A stretch of DNA of 64,000 nucleotides from Octopus sinensis (taxonomy: Eukaryota): contig NC_043005.1 of the NCBI RefSeq assembly GCF_006345805.1, positions 64,604,001-64,668,000 of the forward strand. The letters are read 5' to 3'. How positions within the stretch are numbered: the first letter of the stretch is position 1; every line of letters begins with the position of its first letter. The notes beneath the pieces were generated by a model, which was given only the letters and a program-made list of their open reading frames with translations, was not told where the DNA came from and did not search any database. This document shows positions 49,351 through 62,329 of the stretch, in pieces. Both the position numbers and the translations under genes were made by a program.

Positions 49351-51375
49351 TGCTGTGTGTTCTTCCCATTGAGAAAAAATTAATTAAACCAGTCAGTTTG
49401 CTTGTGTTTGGGGAGTCCTCATTGAGGCAGCAGCTGCTTCATAGATTGTTTCATATATCTGTGTGCAGTAAGTATCTACTTATAAAGTATCAACTAATGG
49501 AATATCAAGCAGCATTTTTAATTAGCTGGTTGTATTTACTGCAAGTATACATTGCACTTTAAGGTTCGGGAAAAAAGTAAACCAAATTCGTTCCAATCAA
49601 GCATGCTTGATTACTTTTTATCACATACAGTATCAACATGACTGACTCCTGCTATTTTAGCTCAGCACACAACTCGAGAAGTGTGAATAGCTATCAATTC
49701 TGCATAAGCCATTTCACCGTTGGGAACAGTAGTAGTTCTGTCGTTGTCAGTGAAAGTTAAATATAGTGGGATAACTGAGACAATTGAAATACAAAAGTGA
49801 AGGTAAGTGGGTATGAGTTGAATGCAAGAAATGAGAAGTGCTTTTCAGCCAGATTTCTTACACGCTAGTACACAGGGGTCTAATTTTTTAATGCAATTAG
49901 TAAGTGTAATTTCAGCAGAAAAAATGAGTAGGAGTAATTGAAGCAGTCATGATATGTGATAGAATAATTAACATCTAATTAATGATAGATAATATGACAT
50001 CATCCATGATATTTAGCTATACTTATGATTAAAGAAAACAACTCACAAGTGGTAGAAAGAAGAGACAGAAGTTAAGAGAGCTCACTGTTATATAAAATTT
50101 CTAGTTGTCACTACACGATACCTATCTATATAAAGATATATTTACTCTAATAGATCAGCAAAACGGCCTGGTTCTGTGACAATGTCACTATAGTTAATTA
50201 AAAGGTTATAATGTGAAGTATTCCAAGAGTGCACTAGTGTGCACGAGGATTATAAGCACAGTATAAGAAATATATGTAACTAAATGTAAGCACTCTTAAT
50301 TTTGTTACCTCATTTTTCTTCTTATTCATTGATCTCTTATTAATCTTCTAATGCTTAAGTTCTCAATAAGTAGCTATTTGTCTTCACTTGAACACTTTTA
50401 ATAAAAACAGTCTAATGCATTTTATTATTCAGTGGTAAGTAATAATAATTTACAAAGATTTATTTTTGATAGTATTCTCTGATAAATAACCTATTAAATT
50501 CATTTCTCATTATATATATTCCCAATCCTTATTCCTCTCCCTTCCTCTTTACAGTGGATAACACTTCAAAATATGTACATATATAGTTTTAGATTGTGTA
50601 TATGCACACACACACACACACACACACACACAATGTATAAATAAAAAATCTATTTTGAAGGGTTGAGATATTACTGAATGAATAATTTCCCATCATTTCT
50701 CAAAACCTTTGAACACGATATAACAAAACCACTTTTCAAAACAACACCTAAATTACTTAAAGTTTGATGAACTATATTATTAAAAGTTAAATATCCTTGC
50801 CAGGTATATCAAACAATATTTCTGATGCAATCCGCAAGAACTAAATAAACCAGAATTCCAATGATTTGCTCAACTGTGACATACACAAAAAATTTATTTA
50901 AAGCCTAATACTAAATTTAATTAAATATATTTCAGCTATACATATATACTTATTACATTCATTATATTATGATATCATTAGTAAATCAATACTACAATAA
51001 AATACAATAAAGCAAAGAAAACATTATACAATAATGATATAATATAAATCTAAGATATGACATTTTACACCAACAGTATAAAATAAATTCTATTAAAATT
51101 AGAATTGACACATTGTAGATAAATACAATTATCACTAATCAAATAAGTGCATTTAAAATTATGTGTACTTGTGGGTTTGTTATTATAATTAAAATAACTT
51201 AACATATATGTAAATACTTCTGTCAGCTGTCTTTTCTTACAAAGTAATACGTCTCACAATTTTCGGTGTTAACAGTAAGTTAAAAGGAAGTAAGATCATC
51301 AATTAGATTTATGAAGCATTAAATGTGACATTAAGTGACCAAACATCAATAAAATGTTACATAATATATTGGCAA

Positions 51376-51734
51376 ATGTCTGTTAAAATACAACAAGCTA
51401 CAGGCACAGTTTTATTTGTCCACTCTATGAACGTAACCAAAGTCGTAAAAAGGTGAATATTTATTTACTTCTCCTTCAATAAAAAGTCAGCTTTGAAATA
51501 AGAAGAGCTTATCACCTCTGCAGGATAATATAAATATTAAAAACTACATCTTTTGCCAAAAGGTGTGGCCAATATATTTTACAGATTTTCAGCTATTTAG
51601 TATAACAAATAAGCAGTAAAAATGTTATCGTTACAGTTATTTGGAAGAGAACATTTTTTTTCAGAAGTTTGTAGTTAACTTTCAATGAAAGCTTTTACAA
51701 TTATTGGTATTGAAATAAGAAAAACCACTGTAAA
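51376..51734 (-). repeat. 359-bp AT-rich dispersed repeat, copy 2 (inverted)
   Basis: ATGTCTGTTAAAATACAACAAG...GAAAAACCACTGTAAA is the reverse complement of copy 1. Confidence 0.9.
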
Positions 51735-51761
51735 CTACCAATTATTACCACACAGCCTTGC

Positions 51762-51921
51762 ATATGTGTGGCTGCGTGGTAACAAGCTTGCTTCCCAACA
51801 ACATGGTTCTATGTTCAATCCTACTGTGTTGTACCTTGGCAATTGTCTTTTGCTATAACCTCAGGCCAATCAAAGCCTTGTGTGAGTAGATTTGTTTGGC
51901 AGAAACTGAAAGAAGCCTGTC

Positions 51922-51978
<57 letters not shown>

Positions 51979-52245
51979 TATGTATATACACATGGATATA
52001 GCTATGTGTGTCTGTGTCTGTGTTTGTCTCCTCCCCCCCATCACTGCCAGACAACCAGAGTTGGTGTGTTTACTTCCCCATAACTTAGCACTTTGGCAAA
52101 AGAGACCCAAGAGACCCACAGATAAGTACTAAGCTTTAAAAACAAATAAGTCCTGGGGTCAATTTGTTCAACTAAGAAACCCCTTCAAGGTGGTGCTCCA
52201 GCATGGCCACTGTCAATGACAAACAAGTAAAAGAATAAAAGAATA
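51762..52245 (+). mobile_element. Family A SINE (diverged)
   Basis: GTGGCTGCGTGGTAACAAGCTTGCTT head; GGTGCTCCAGCATGGCC...AAACAAGTAAAAGA tail. Confidence 0.85.
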
Positions 52246-52451
52246 AATAAATAAAAACAAAACCAAAATAGTATATAATACCATAGGAAAGCTGTTGGTG
52301 TTGAAATTAAAGTTAACACTGGTAGTGAGTCCAATGGAAAGTTTATTATAGCCTTAGCCTTTTTCCTTAGTCTACTTTTTGAGTCAATCACACAAGAGTT
52401 TAAGACCAGATATTAATGATGTGCTCTCATTACTGGTGATAAAAATTATAT

Positions 52452-52838
52452 ATTTCTTTATTGCCCACAAGGGGCTATACACAGAGAGAACAAACAAGGA
52501 CAGAAAAACGGATTAAGTCGATTACATCGACCCCAGTGTGTAACTGGTACTTAGTTTATTAACCCTGAAAGGATGAAAGGCAAAGTCGACCTCGGCGGAA
52601 TTTGAACTCAGAACGTAGTGGCAGACGAAATACCTATTTCTTTACTACCCACAAGGGGCTAAACACAGAGGGGACAAACAAGGACAGACAAATAGATTAA
52701 GTCGATTGCATAGACCCCAGTGCATAACTCGTACTTAATTTATCGACCCCGAAAAGATGAAAGACAACATCGACCTCGGCGGAATTTGAACTCAGAATGT
52801 AGCGGCAGACGAAATATGGTTACGCATTTCGCCACCTT
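52452..52838 (-). mobile_element. Family B SINE head-to-tail dimer
   Basis: Two units joined at AAAGAAATAG|GTATTTCGTCTG (about 52632). Confidence 0.85.
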
Positions 52839-54109
52839 CATGATAAAAATTATAATCATCAACAAAAGGGGGTAGATGGCTCTGCATTCAAGAAGGATAT
52901 GAAAGATAACATTTGGCAATGGGGGCAATAGCTGTTGTACAAGAGGGATAAACTTTTGTCAGATTCATGTGTAATTTATATGAGGGAGATGAACTGGAAT
53001 TGCTAACAGAATGTAAAAGCCATCAACTAAAGAGTATAGAGCCATGTGATTATATGGGTGACTGGAAGTAATAAATCAATTTTGTTATATTACTGTTTAG
53101 GGTTGGAAATAGGCAGGAGAGTTTTAGATAATGGTTGTCACAGTTGACAATAAATGGCTTCTCTCGCTATATGAATAACAAATTATGTAAGCGGAGGTCG
53201 AAACAATAGCCACAAAAATGCTTCATTGTCGATATCTATAACTGATAACACAAGTTTATTCTAATAGTTTAAGAAAGAACTGTCACTATTCCACACAAAG
53301 ATTTCCTGTGCAAATACAAGCATTATGCTATGCACATGTGTAGCTAGTATGCTATGGTTGACAAAAAGATTTAATAAAATTACATTACATTACCATATGG
53401 ATTTGCAGAAAATGATTAAAAGTCCACCATGATGTAAAATGCTTTTAGCAACATAACAATTTATGTGAATGAGAATATAAAGAAAGAAAAAATTTTTAAT
53501 CACTTGCAAAATATTCTTGCATTAACTGGACATATTTCAAACTTAATATGCATTTAATCCTCATAATTTAATCTTGTGTTGTTTTCAACACAGAGTTAGA
53601 TATATTTTATAACAGTTTGTGGTCGGGAACTTAAATGACAGTTTATGATGTTCATAAATAATACTGAATGTATGAAACATAAGCAATGTGACATTTAATA
53701 GCACAATCGGAAAATTGGTTCTTATAGATATTTTATTACTTATTTGTTAGAAGATATAAATATAGATACAAGACACTAGAAATCTAAGAATTATACCTTC
53801 CTTTTATTTAAAAAAAAAAGCAACTGAAAAACAAATACAAAACAAAATAAATAAAAATTAAATTAACAAACTGTAATCTGTCAACAATATGATATAACTT
53901 TCGAGAGAGACGGAGCTTTATATAACAAAGCATTGTTAATAGTGTACAACCATCTTGATTTCCTTTACAGAAATAAAAAGAAAAGCTAAAGAAATTCTTA
54001 AATTTTGTTCTTTATTCTTGAAAACACAAAATGGAATCTCCCTTTTTGGGGGAAACTGTGAACCAGAGAAAAAGCTTCAGGGACATTATGAACTGGATAT
54101 AGTGATTAA

Positions 54110-54575
54110 CCCTTTAGCATTTAATCCAGCCATATCCAGCCCAAATATTCTACTTGTTTTATGTTCAAGCTGGTCAGGTCTGGCCTCTCACACCTATTTC
54201 TTTACTACCCACTAGGGGCTAAACACAGAGAGGACAAATAAGAACAGACAAACGAATTAAGTCGATTATATCGACCCAGTGCATAACTGGTACTTAATTT
54301 ATCGACCACGAAAGGATGAAAGGCAAAGTCAACCTCAACGGAATTTGAACTCAGAACATAGAGGCAGACGAAATACTGCTAAGCATTTCGCCCAGTGTGT
54401 TAACGTTTCTGCCAGCTTGCCGCCTTTCTGGCCTCTCACACCTACCCAACATTTGTCATTCTAAGCATTAATTGCATCATCGAAACCTAAATGCTACAAG
54501 AGAATGCATGACTAATACAAAATAATGTGAATAAATAAGCATTATATTTGACAGTATAATCTGAATGCTAAAGGG
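54110..54575. mobile_element. piggyBac-like MITE (family P2) containing a family B SINE
   Basis: TTAA|CCCTTTAGCATT ... AATGCTAAAGGG|TTAA. SINE at 54197-54426 (minus) with 18-bp TSD TCTGGCCTCTCACACCTA at 54179-54196 and 54427-54444. Confidence 0.92.
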
Positions 54576-54751
54576 TTAAGGACTGCTAACAAATATTTCA
54601 TTGGAAGTGTGTTTGAATCAATGAGTGGAGGAAATGTTCTCTCTCCCCCCACAATACACACACATATGTACACATACACCATTCCACCCACAAGCATTCT
54701 TTAACTTTTAGATAATATGATCTACTAAAAAAGCAAGTTCTAAGACCAATG

Positions 54752-55143
54752 AGTTAGGAGTGGCTGTGTGGTAAGTAGCTTGCTTACAAACCACATGGTT
54801 CTGGGTTCAGTCCCACTGCATGGCACCTTGGGCAAGTGACTTCTACTACGTCCACAGGCTGACCAAAGCCTTGTGAATGGATTTGGTAGAGGGAAACTGA
54901 AAGAAGCCCGTCGTATATATGTATATGTGTGTGTATGTGTTTGTGTATGTGTTTGTCCCCTCAACATCGCTTGACAACTGATGTTGGTGTGTTTACATCC
55001 CCATAACTTAGCGGTTCGGCAAGAGAAACCCATAGAATAAGTACTAGGCTTACAAAGAATAGATCCTGGGGTCGATTTGCTCGACTAAAGGTGGTGCTCC
55101 AGCACGGCCACAGTCAAATGACTGAAACAAGTAAAAGAGAGTA
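54752..55143 (+). mobile_element. Family A SINE
   Basis: Complete family A structure. Confidence 0.9.
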
Positions 55144-55423
55144 AACCAAAATACACTTTCTTCTGCATAAGTCAATGATATATGTCACAATTAAGTACAT
55201 GTATTTTGTTTTGTAAATATTATGGCTAGTAAATTACTGAAACTAAGGCATTAAATATGCTGACAAATTAGAAATACTTGAAATATAAGATTATCATAAA
55301 TGTTGTTATTCTTAGTCTGCATAGGTTCTGAAATGGAGGGTTATCTTTAATATGTTTTGAGATCACACTGACTTTCTGATAACATCACAAAAGTACTCTC
55401 AACCATGGTCAGTATGTTGTTTT

Positions 55424-55885
55424 TCATCATCATCATCATCACTGTTTAACGTCCGCTTTCCATGCTAGCATGGGTTGAACGATTTGACTGAGGACAGGCG
55501 AACCAGATGGCTGCACCAGGCTCCAATCTTGATTTGGCAGAGTTTCTACAGCTGGATGCCCTTCCTAACGCCAACCATTCCGAGAGTGTAGTGGGTGCTT
55601 TTATGTGCCACATGCACGATGGCCAGTCAGGCGGTACTGGCAGCAGTCATGGAAAATCATGTGTTTTTTTAAGTGTCACCTGCACACAGGCACAAGTGCC
55701 AGCAAGGCAACGCTGGTAACGATCACGCCCAAATGGTACTTTTTATGTGCCACCAGCACGAACGCCAGTTAGCTGCTCTGGCAATGATCACACTCGGATG
55801 GTGCTCTTAGTTCTCCAGTAGCACGGATGCCAGTCATCGAATTTGATTTCGATTCTGATTTCACTTGCCTCAACAGGTCTTCACA
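55424..55885 (-). mobile_element. Family C retroposon (long version)
   Basis: (ATC)n tail, GTTTAACGTCCGCTTTCCATGCTAGC, 4-5 TTTTATGTGCCAC-type modules. Confidence 0.85.
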
Positions 55886-56235
55886 AACAGTGTCCAAAAA
55901 ATAAAAATGTAATCACTTACTGATATTTTGTCATGAATAGTGATTATTTCTTCTAATATATCCTTCAACAGAAGGTTACTTCCCACAGTTAACTAAAGAA
56001 AATTATTGCCAATTTTAAATACTTCATTATGAATGTAATCATTTAGAAGGTAATCCAAAAAATATGCCAAAGTTTTAGAAGCAAACCTTAATGATTATCA
56101 CTAAACTTATGATATTACCAGGTAAGAATAAATTATAGTTAACCTTAAATTCAATGACCTAAAAAATGCAGAATCAACCTAAGTATACATGTAAGGTATT
56201 TTCTATCAGAAATACAATATGACAGTTAAATTTAC

Positions 56236-56423
56236 CATGGTGATAAAAAGCCCAAATTCTGGATCCATATCAACAGAGGTTCCATCAGTAAAGATAAAAT
56301 TTGGCTTTCTCTCTTTCTTGCATGTAAGGACAATAGCAATTTGTTGAGCAGCTACAGATAGTACAGGTAACTCAATTCTGTTGAACTCATCAAAACAGCC
56401 CCATGAGCCAGACTGTGCCAAAC
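56236..56423 (-). CDS. DNAH5: Dynein heavy chain exon D (AAA1 Walker B)
   Basis: Acceptor TTATAG, 188 bp, (G)[62 protein letters not shown], donor GTAAA. Walker B CFDEFNR. Phase 1 in, phase 0 out. Confidence 0.97.
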
Positions 56424-56795
56424 CTATAAAGCAATAAGCAAACTGTAATTAAATTCTCATTGAATTACCTTACAGAAATATAAAAACAGAATGTGACATG
56501 CTGGGAATATATTTTCTTCAGTGAGATATACTCGCACTCCATAACACTATGTTTCAAAGAAAGATAAATCTAGCTTAGTACTGACAGGTTTAATAGACCT
56601 GTCGTTATCAAAATTTATTTTCATTGATAATGAAACTAGAATGCTGCTGGATATTTCATTTCATGTCATTAGAAAGAATATTCTCCATGGCAACACCAAT
56701 TTCCATTTCCATACAAACAGTTACAAGTTCATCTCTCAAGCAGGAATTTTAACATAGTTACACCTTAAACAATGTTCAAGACATAGTGTTTTATA

Positions 56796-57200
56796 AAGGC
56801 AGTGAGCTGGCAGAAACATGAGGACGCCAGGTGAAATGCTTAGTGGTATTTCGTCTGCGTTACGTTGTGAGTTCAAATTCCGCCGAGGTTGACTTTGCCT
56901 TTCATCCTTTCGGGGTCGATAAATTAAGTACCAGTTACGCACTGGGGTCGCTGTAATCGACTTAATACCTATGTCTGTCCTTGTTTGTCCCCTCTGTGTT
57001 TAGCCCCTTGTGGGTAATAAAGAAATAGGTATTTCACTGTCTTTACATTCAAATTCCACCAAGGCCAACTTTGCCTATCATCATTTGGTGGTGGTGGGGG
57101 GGGTCGATAAATTAAATACCAGTTGTATACTGGGGTAGATACAATCGACTGCCCCCCTCTCAAAAAATTGCAGGCCTTGTGACTAGAGTAGAAAAGAATA
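56796..57200 (+). mobile_element. Family B SINE head-to-tail dimer
   Basis: A full unit followed by a 5'-truncated unit joined at AAAGAAATAG|GTATTTC. Confidence 0.85.
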
Positions 57201-57440
57201 CATAGAGTTTTATATGTAGTTAAAATATATAATTTCTAGACATTTTCTCAACTATAAAAAAAATATTAAATACAGTCTAAGATTAGCTTAATGGGCTTTT
57301 TTTTTCAATATTTTATCTGCAATAGTAATCATTTATTTCAAATTATTCTCCTCTGTAACAACTTGGAGAATGACTTCCCTGAATTAACAGTACAAAGTGA
57401 AGCAAATTTTAACAACTGAAATAATATTCTTGTGACCCAC

Positions 57441-57619
57441 CTTTATAAATTCTTCCAAGTCCTCTGTAATCCATTTGATCTGAGCAGTTAAATATGACAA
57501 CATATTTACCAAGGCATCGACCCATATCTTTTGTTGTTTCAGTTTTGCCTGTTCCAGCTGGTCCAGCTGGAGCACCACCAAGTGACATTCCAAGTGCTTG
57601 AGCAAGACTTATATAACAT
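57441..57619 (-). CDS. DNAH5: Dynein heavy chain exon C (AAA1 Walker A)
   Basis: Acceptor CTATAG, 179 bp, [59 protein letters not shown](G), donor GTGGGT. P-loop GPAGTGKT. Phase 2 in, phase 1 out. Confidence 0.97.
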
Positions 57620-59005
57620 CTATAGTGTGAAATAAACAAATAAATAAATAAATAAGCTAATGCAATCACCACAAATCCAAATATGGTTTTAAAACTTCCA
57701 AGACAATGAATTGGTTACTGAAAAATAGAAATCTAACTCAGAAAAAATATTTACTAAATTGTTTCTATATTGTCTTGCAGCAAGAAATATATAAAAAAAT
57801 ATTTCAGCTTGATGGGTTTTTTTTTCCCTTTGTTAATTCTTTCACACTAAAAATGTACGATGCTATTCAAAATAACTATGGTAATATCTCTACCACAAAA
57901 GTTTGGAGATAAAAAAAAAAATATTTTACTGAGTTGATTTCGCCTTGAAGAAAGAAGAAAAATCCAAAATGTTTCAGACACTTGCTTTGTATCAAAGAGA
58001 AAGAATATAGTTTCAAAAGTGCAGGTAAGAAATTAAGAAAAGAAAAGGAGGGATATACAGGAGTAGATGTGAAGAAAGGAGGAGAAAGGATGGAGTGAGA
58101 TGGTGAAAATAGCATAGAGGTGAATGGCATAGGCAAAAGTATAATGTGATGCAGTATACAAAAGCCTTGCAGTAATGTTGAAGTTTTTAAATAACATAAA
58201 CAGCAGCAACCTGTTAGATAAACAGACATTTCCTATGTAAATACAATGAAACAAGGCAAAAGTTTTTACAAGCAAGAAAATATTTGACAAAGGAATTAGT
58301 CTTAATATATTAACTAGTATTAATTCTAAAATGGTGATAGGTAAATCTGCCCTGTGATAGATTTCAATTCAGGGAAATGATGTTCCCAAATAATGGTAAT
58401 GTCTCTACCAGGAATGCTTGGCAAAGAAAACAAATTTTATTGAGTTGATTTGCCTGGAGGAATGAAAAAGAAATCAGAATAGAAACAGATGTTTCGAGAA
58501 TTTTTTTTTTTTTTTTTTTTTACAAATGAGAAAGAAAATAGTTGCAAAAATGCAGGTGAAAAACTCAAAGAAGTGAAGGGAGGATGTAGAGGAGAAAATG
58601 TGATGAGAAAGCAGGGAGGGGAGAAAAGGACAGAATAATGATCAGCGTGAGAAGTATATGATATCTTTTCTTGTATCTTTCACTTGTTTCAGTCATTGGT
58701 TTGAAGCCAAATTACACTTTCCACAAATATACAACCCCTACACAACAATCTACTACATAAGACAATAAAAAATCCTTTACATGGTTGTGAAATTCACTAA
58801 AAATAGCAGCCAAATCTTCTTCAACTCACAGAGCTGTCTTATAAAAAGCAATGATACGCTATAAAAAAACACATCATAGTCATAGAAAAAGGTGGGATGG
58901 TCGTGGCTAGAAAGTCTTTGATCAAAGGTTTGCTTGATAAGAAAAGTAATTATTACAATATCAGTTAGTCAACATGAGAGTTCAATAGTCTAAGTTTATT
59001 GTTAC

Positions 59006-59178
59006 CTGTCAGTAAGAGGGGTGATGACCAGACGATCAGTACATCCAAGAAATTCATTCATATAAGTGAAATTGACATCTGTGATGGAAATTATACACTG
59101 ATCTATGTCTTCTTTGAAGCTAAATCGGGACTGCTTCAACCATTCAAAGTCATTAACTGACCTAATATGCATGCGTAC
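59006..59178 (-). CDS. DNAH5: Dynein heavy chain exon B (linker end / AAA1 start)
   Basis: Acceptor TTCCAG, 173 bp, [57 protein letters not shown](R), donor AG|GTAAC. Contains the FEWLKQ and [20 protein letters not shown] dynein motifs. Phase 0 in, phase 2 out. Confidence 0.95.
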
Positions 59179-59233
59179 CTGGAATACAGAAATGCATACA
59201 TATGTATGTGTGTGTGTTTGTGTAATCCATTAA

Positions 59234-59416
59234 ACCTTTCGTTACTGTATTTATTTTGTGATGCTCCGTGTTTCTTTCAATTAATTTAAAATCTAGCAAA
59301 GGATCTAGTAAAATAACTTAGTTATCATTAAGCTAGTGTTAGGAACATTAATTGTGACAAAGGTGAAAATTAGACATTTGTACTACAGAGCCAGAGCTGG
59401 GTCGGTAATGAAAGGG
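59234..59416. mobile_element. piggyBac-like MITE (family P1, reversed, internally deleted)
   Basis: TTAA|ACCTTTCGTTAC...GTAATGAAAGGG|TTAA; reverse-complement homologue of 32365-32585; starts about 55 bp upstream of the exon B acceptor. Confidence 0.85.
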
Positions 59417-59449
59417 TTAATGTTAGTCTGACAAAATATACTTTATTCA

Positions 59450-59990
59450 CTCTCACACCTGTCTTTGAATACTTTATTCTAATTGGCTGGACAGCGTATT
59501 TTTGGAACTCGTCAATCCTTGGAATATGTATATCCTACTGTATCAACTGTCCCTGGTAGGGAAACCCTACTGCCTTCACATGGCAATCTCCCTTTGTTGA
59601 ACTGTGGATCTTTTGCACTATGAGCTCTCTCACTTGCTTCTGGCACTGGTTTCTTTTCCAGCTCTTGCTACTGTAGTTGTCTAATCCTAGCCATCCTTGA
59701 CAAACTATCCAAACAATTACCTGATGAATTTCTGTTTCATTCACAGCTTCCTGAGTTTTCCACCTTATGCTACACTTTATGGTCTTGTTGGCATGCCAGA
59801 CTTTCTCCTTCTCAGATAGACACAATATGCTGATAGCTCCTTTGCTGGTGAATTTGAATTCCTCTATCACTGATGAAATTGATAGGCAGAGCTTAGATTT
59901 CTTTCTCCACTGAACTGAAATTTGGGGCAATGCTCAGCCAGCTCAGCTCAAATTTACTGCACAACCTCTCAATTACTTCCACTTGAATTA
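59450..59990 (-). mobile_element. Highly decayed LINE fragment (RTE-like 3' RT region)
   Basis: Protein-like but degenerate minus-strand text (ORF 59535-59930) with no dynein similarity. Confidence 0.35.
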
Positions 59991-60103
59991 TGGCTTAATC
60001 AAAAGCAAGAATGACCACTGCAGTCTGTGTATGATATACCATACTCTGAACTTTTCAAGTGACTGGTTTTTATCAACTGACCTCAGCCCGTTGCTTAATT
60101 GCT

Positions 60104-60786
<683 letters not shown>

Positions 60787-61449
60787 TGAGTAGCTCAAAA
60801 CATCAATATACATGTTTCAGTAGTATGGTTATTTATTACCAATACAAAGTACATTACATAACATATTAGTGAATATATGATATTAATCAGAAAATGAAAG
60901 TTTAGAAATTCCATAAAACATTATGAGCCTGCATTAGCAAGTAACACTCAATATATTTAGCATTCTAGCTTTATTCAAACATGGTAGTCGTGAGTCACAA
61001 ATGATTAAGACATGCTCTACTCCCTAGTTTATTTCAGATCAGTTCAAAATTATCATGTCAAGATCACATACCCCATCTTAATGTAGAATATGTTTCAACA
61101 AAATAACTACCAAAATTGTTAAAACTTCTAAATTTGATATTCATAAAATCACAAAAACCATTTACCAATATCCTATATGAACATACAAATCTATAATATT
61201 CTGTTACAAAATATCTTTGAATATTCTTGTATTTTACATAAATGTATTATGACTAGAAGCAATGCCAAAACAAAATAAACTTCTATCATAATAGACCAAA
61301 GTTAACTTTACAAATATTTTAAATAGTGAATAAATTTCAAGCAGTATTGAATTAATTACCAAAACAGAACTTCACTCCTTACCTCAGTCTACTGTTTAGA
61401 ACTTTTGCAAGTTTGTGATTTGCTGAAGAATTTTTATATATTTCTCTCT

Positions 61450-61690
61450 CTCTCTCAACATATATATATATATATATATGTATATATTTTGTGCATCTGT
61501 GTTTGTCCTCCCACTATCGCTCGACAACCAATCCTGGTGTGTTTACGTCCCCGTAACTTAGTGGTTTGGCAAAAGATACCAACAGAATAAGTGCTAAGCT
61601 TACAAAGAATAAGTCCTGGGGTTGATTTATTCAACTAAAGGTGTTGCTTCAGCATGGCCACAGTCAAATGACGGAAACAATTAAAAGAAT
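61450..61690 (+). mobile_element. Family A SINE, 3' half
   Basis: GTGTTTACGTCCCCGTAACTTAG...CAGCATGGCCACAGTCAAATGACGGAAACAA. Confidence 0.85.
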
Positions 61691-61726
61691 GAAAGAATAT
61701 ATATATGTATGTATGTATATTTACAC

Positions 61727-61780
<54 letters not shown>

Positions 61781-62245
61781 TATGTAAACATATATAACTA
61801 GTTTTTAAGCAACTGACCCCAAATGGGAAGTTCTGCAAACAGATCTCTTGACTTGTTTTGGAGAATTTGTTGTAATTGCTTCCTTCAGAATCATATCCCA
61901 ATGATGATCATATTTGTCGCAAAAAAATCACGTAAGAAAATCATCAAAAATAATCGGTGGATTTCACAATTAATTCAAATATTCCCAAAATTTATTTCCT
62001 AGTTGTAAAAATTGTTATCATACAAAGAACGTTGTCGAAAAAAAAAGCACATAAAAAAATTGCTGAAAACAATCGCAGGAATGAAAACTTAGGAATCCAA
62101 AATTTCAGAATTGCAGGTTCCAGATTCGGCCCAGAATATTTTTTATTTACTCATGGAGTCAGCCTGATTCCAAAATGGCATGGTATGTTGGGCTATGTCC
62201 TCTAAAGTTAGAAAAGTGTGACACACTAACATTCACATATATGTA

Positions 62246-62290
<45 letters not shown>

Positions 62291-62329
62291 ATTCTCATAG
62301 CTATGCTATCGGAGCATCTACCTCCACTA

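Noticed and set aside
48229-51734. Single 3.5-kb transposon with 359-bp TIRs
   Set aside because: RTE RT remnants continue in order on both sides of the left copy, so that copy is an insertion into the LINE and not the end of an enclosing element.
59161-59163. Alternative acceptor TATTAG|G for exon B
   Set aside because: It would be out of phase with exon A and drop six conserved residues. The acceptor at 59179 gives an in-frame VRMHIRS.
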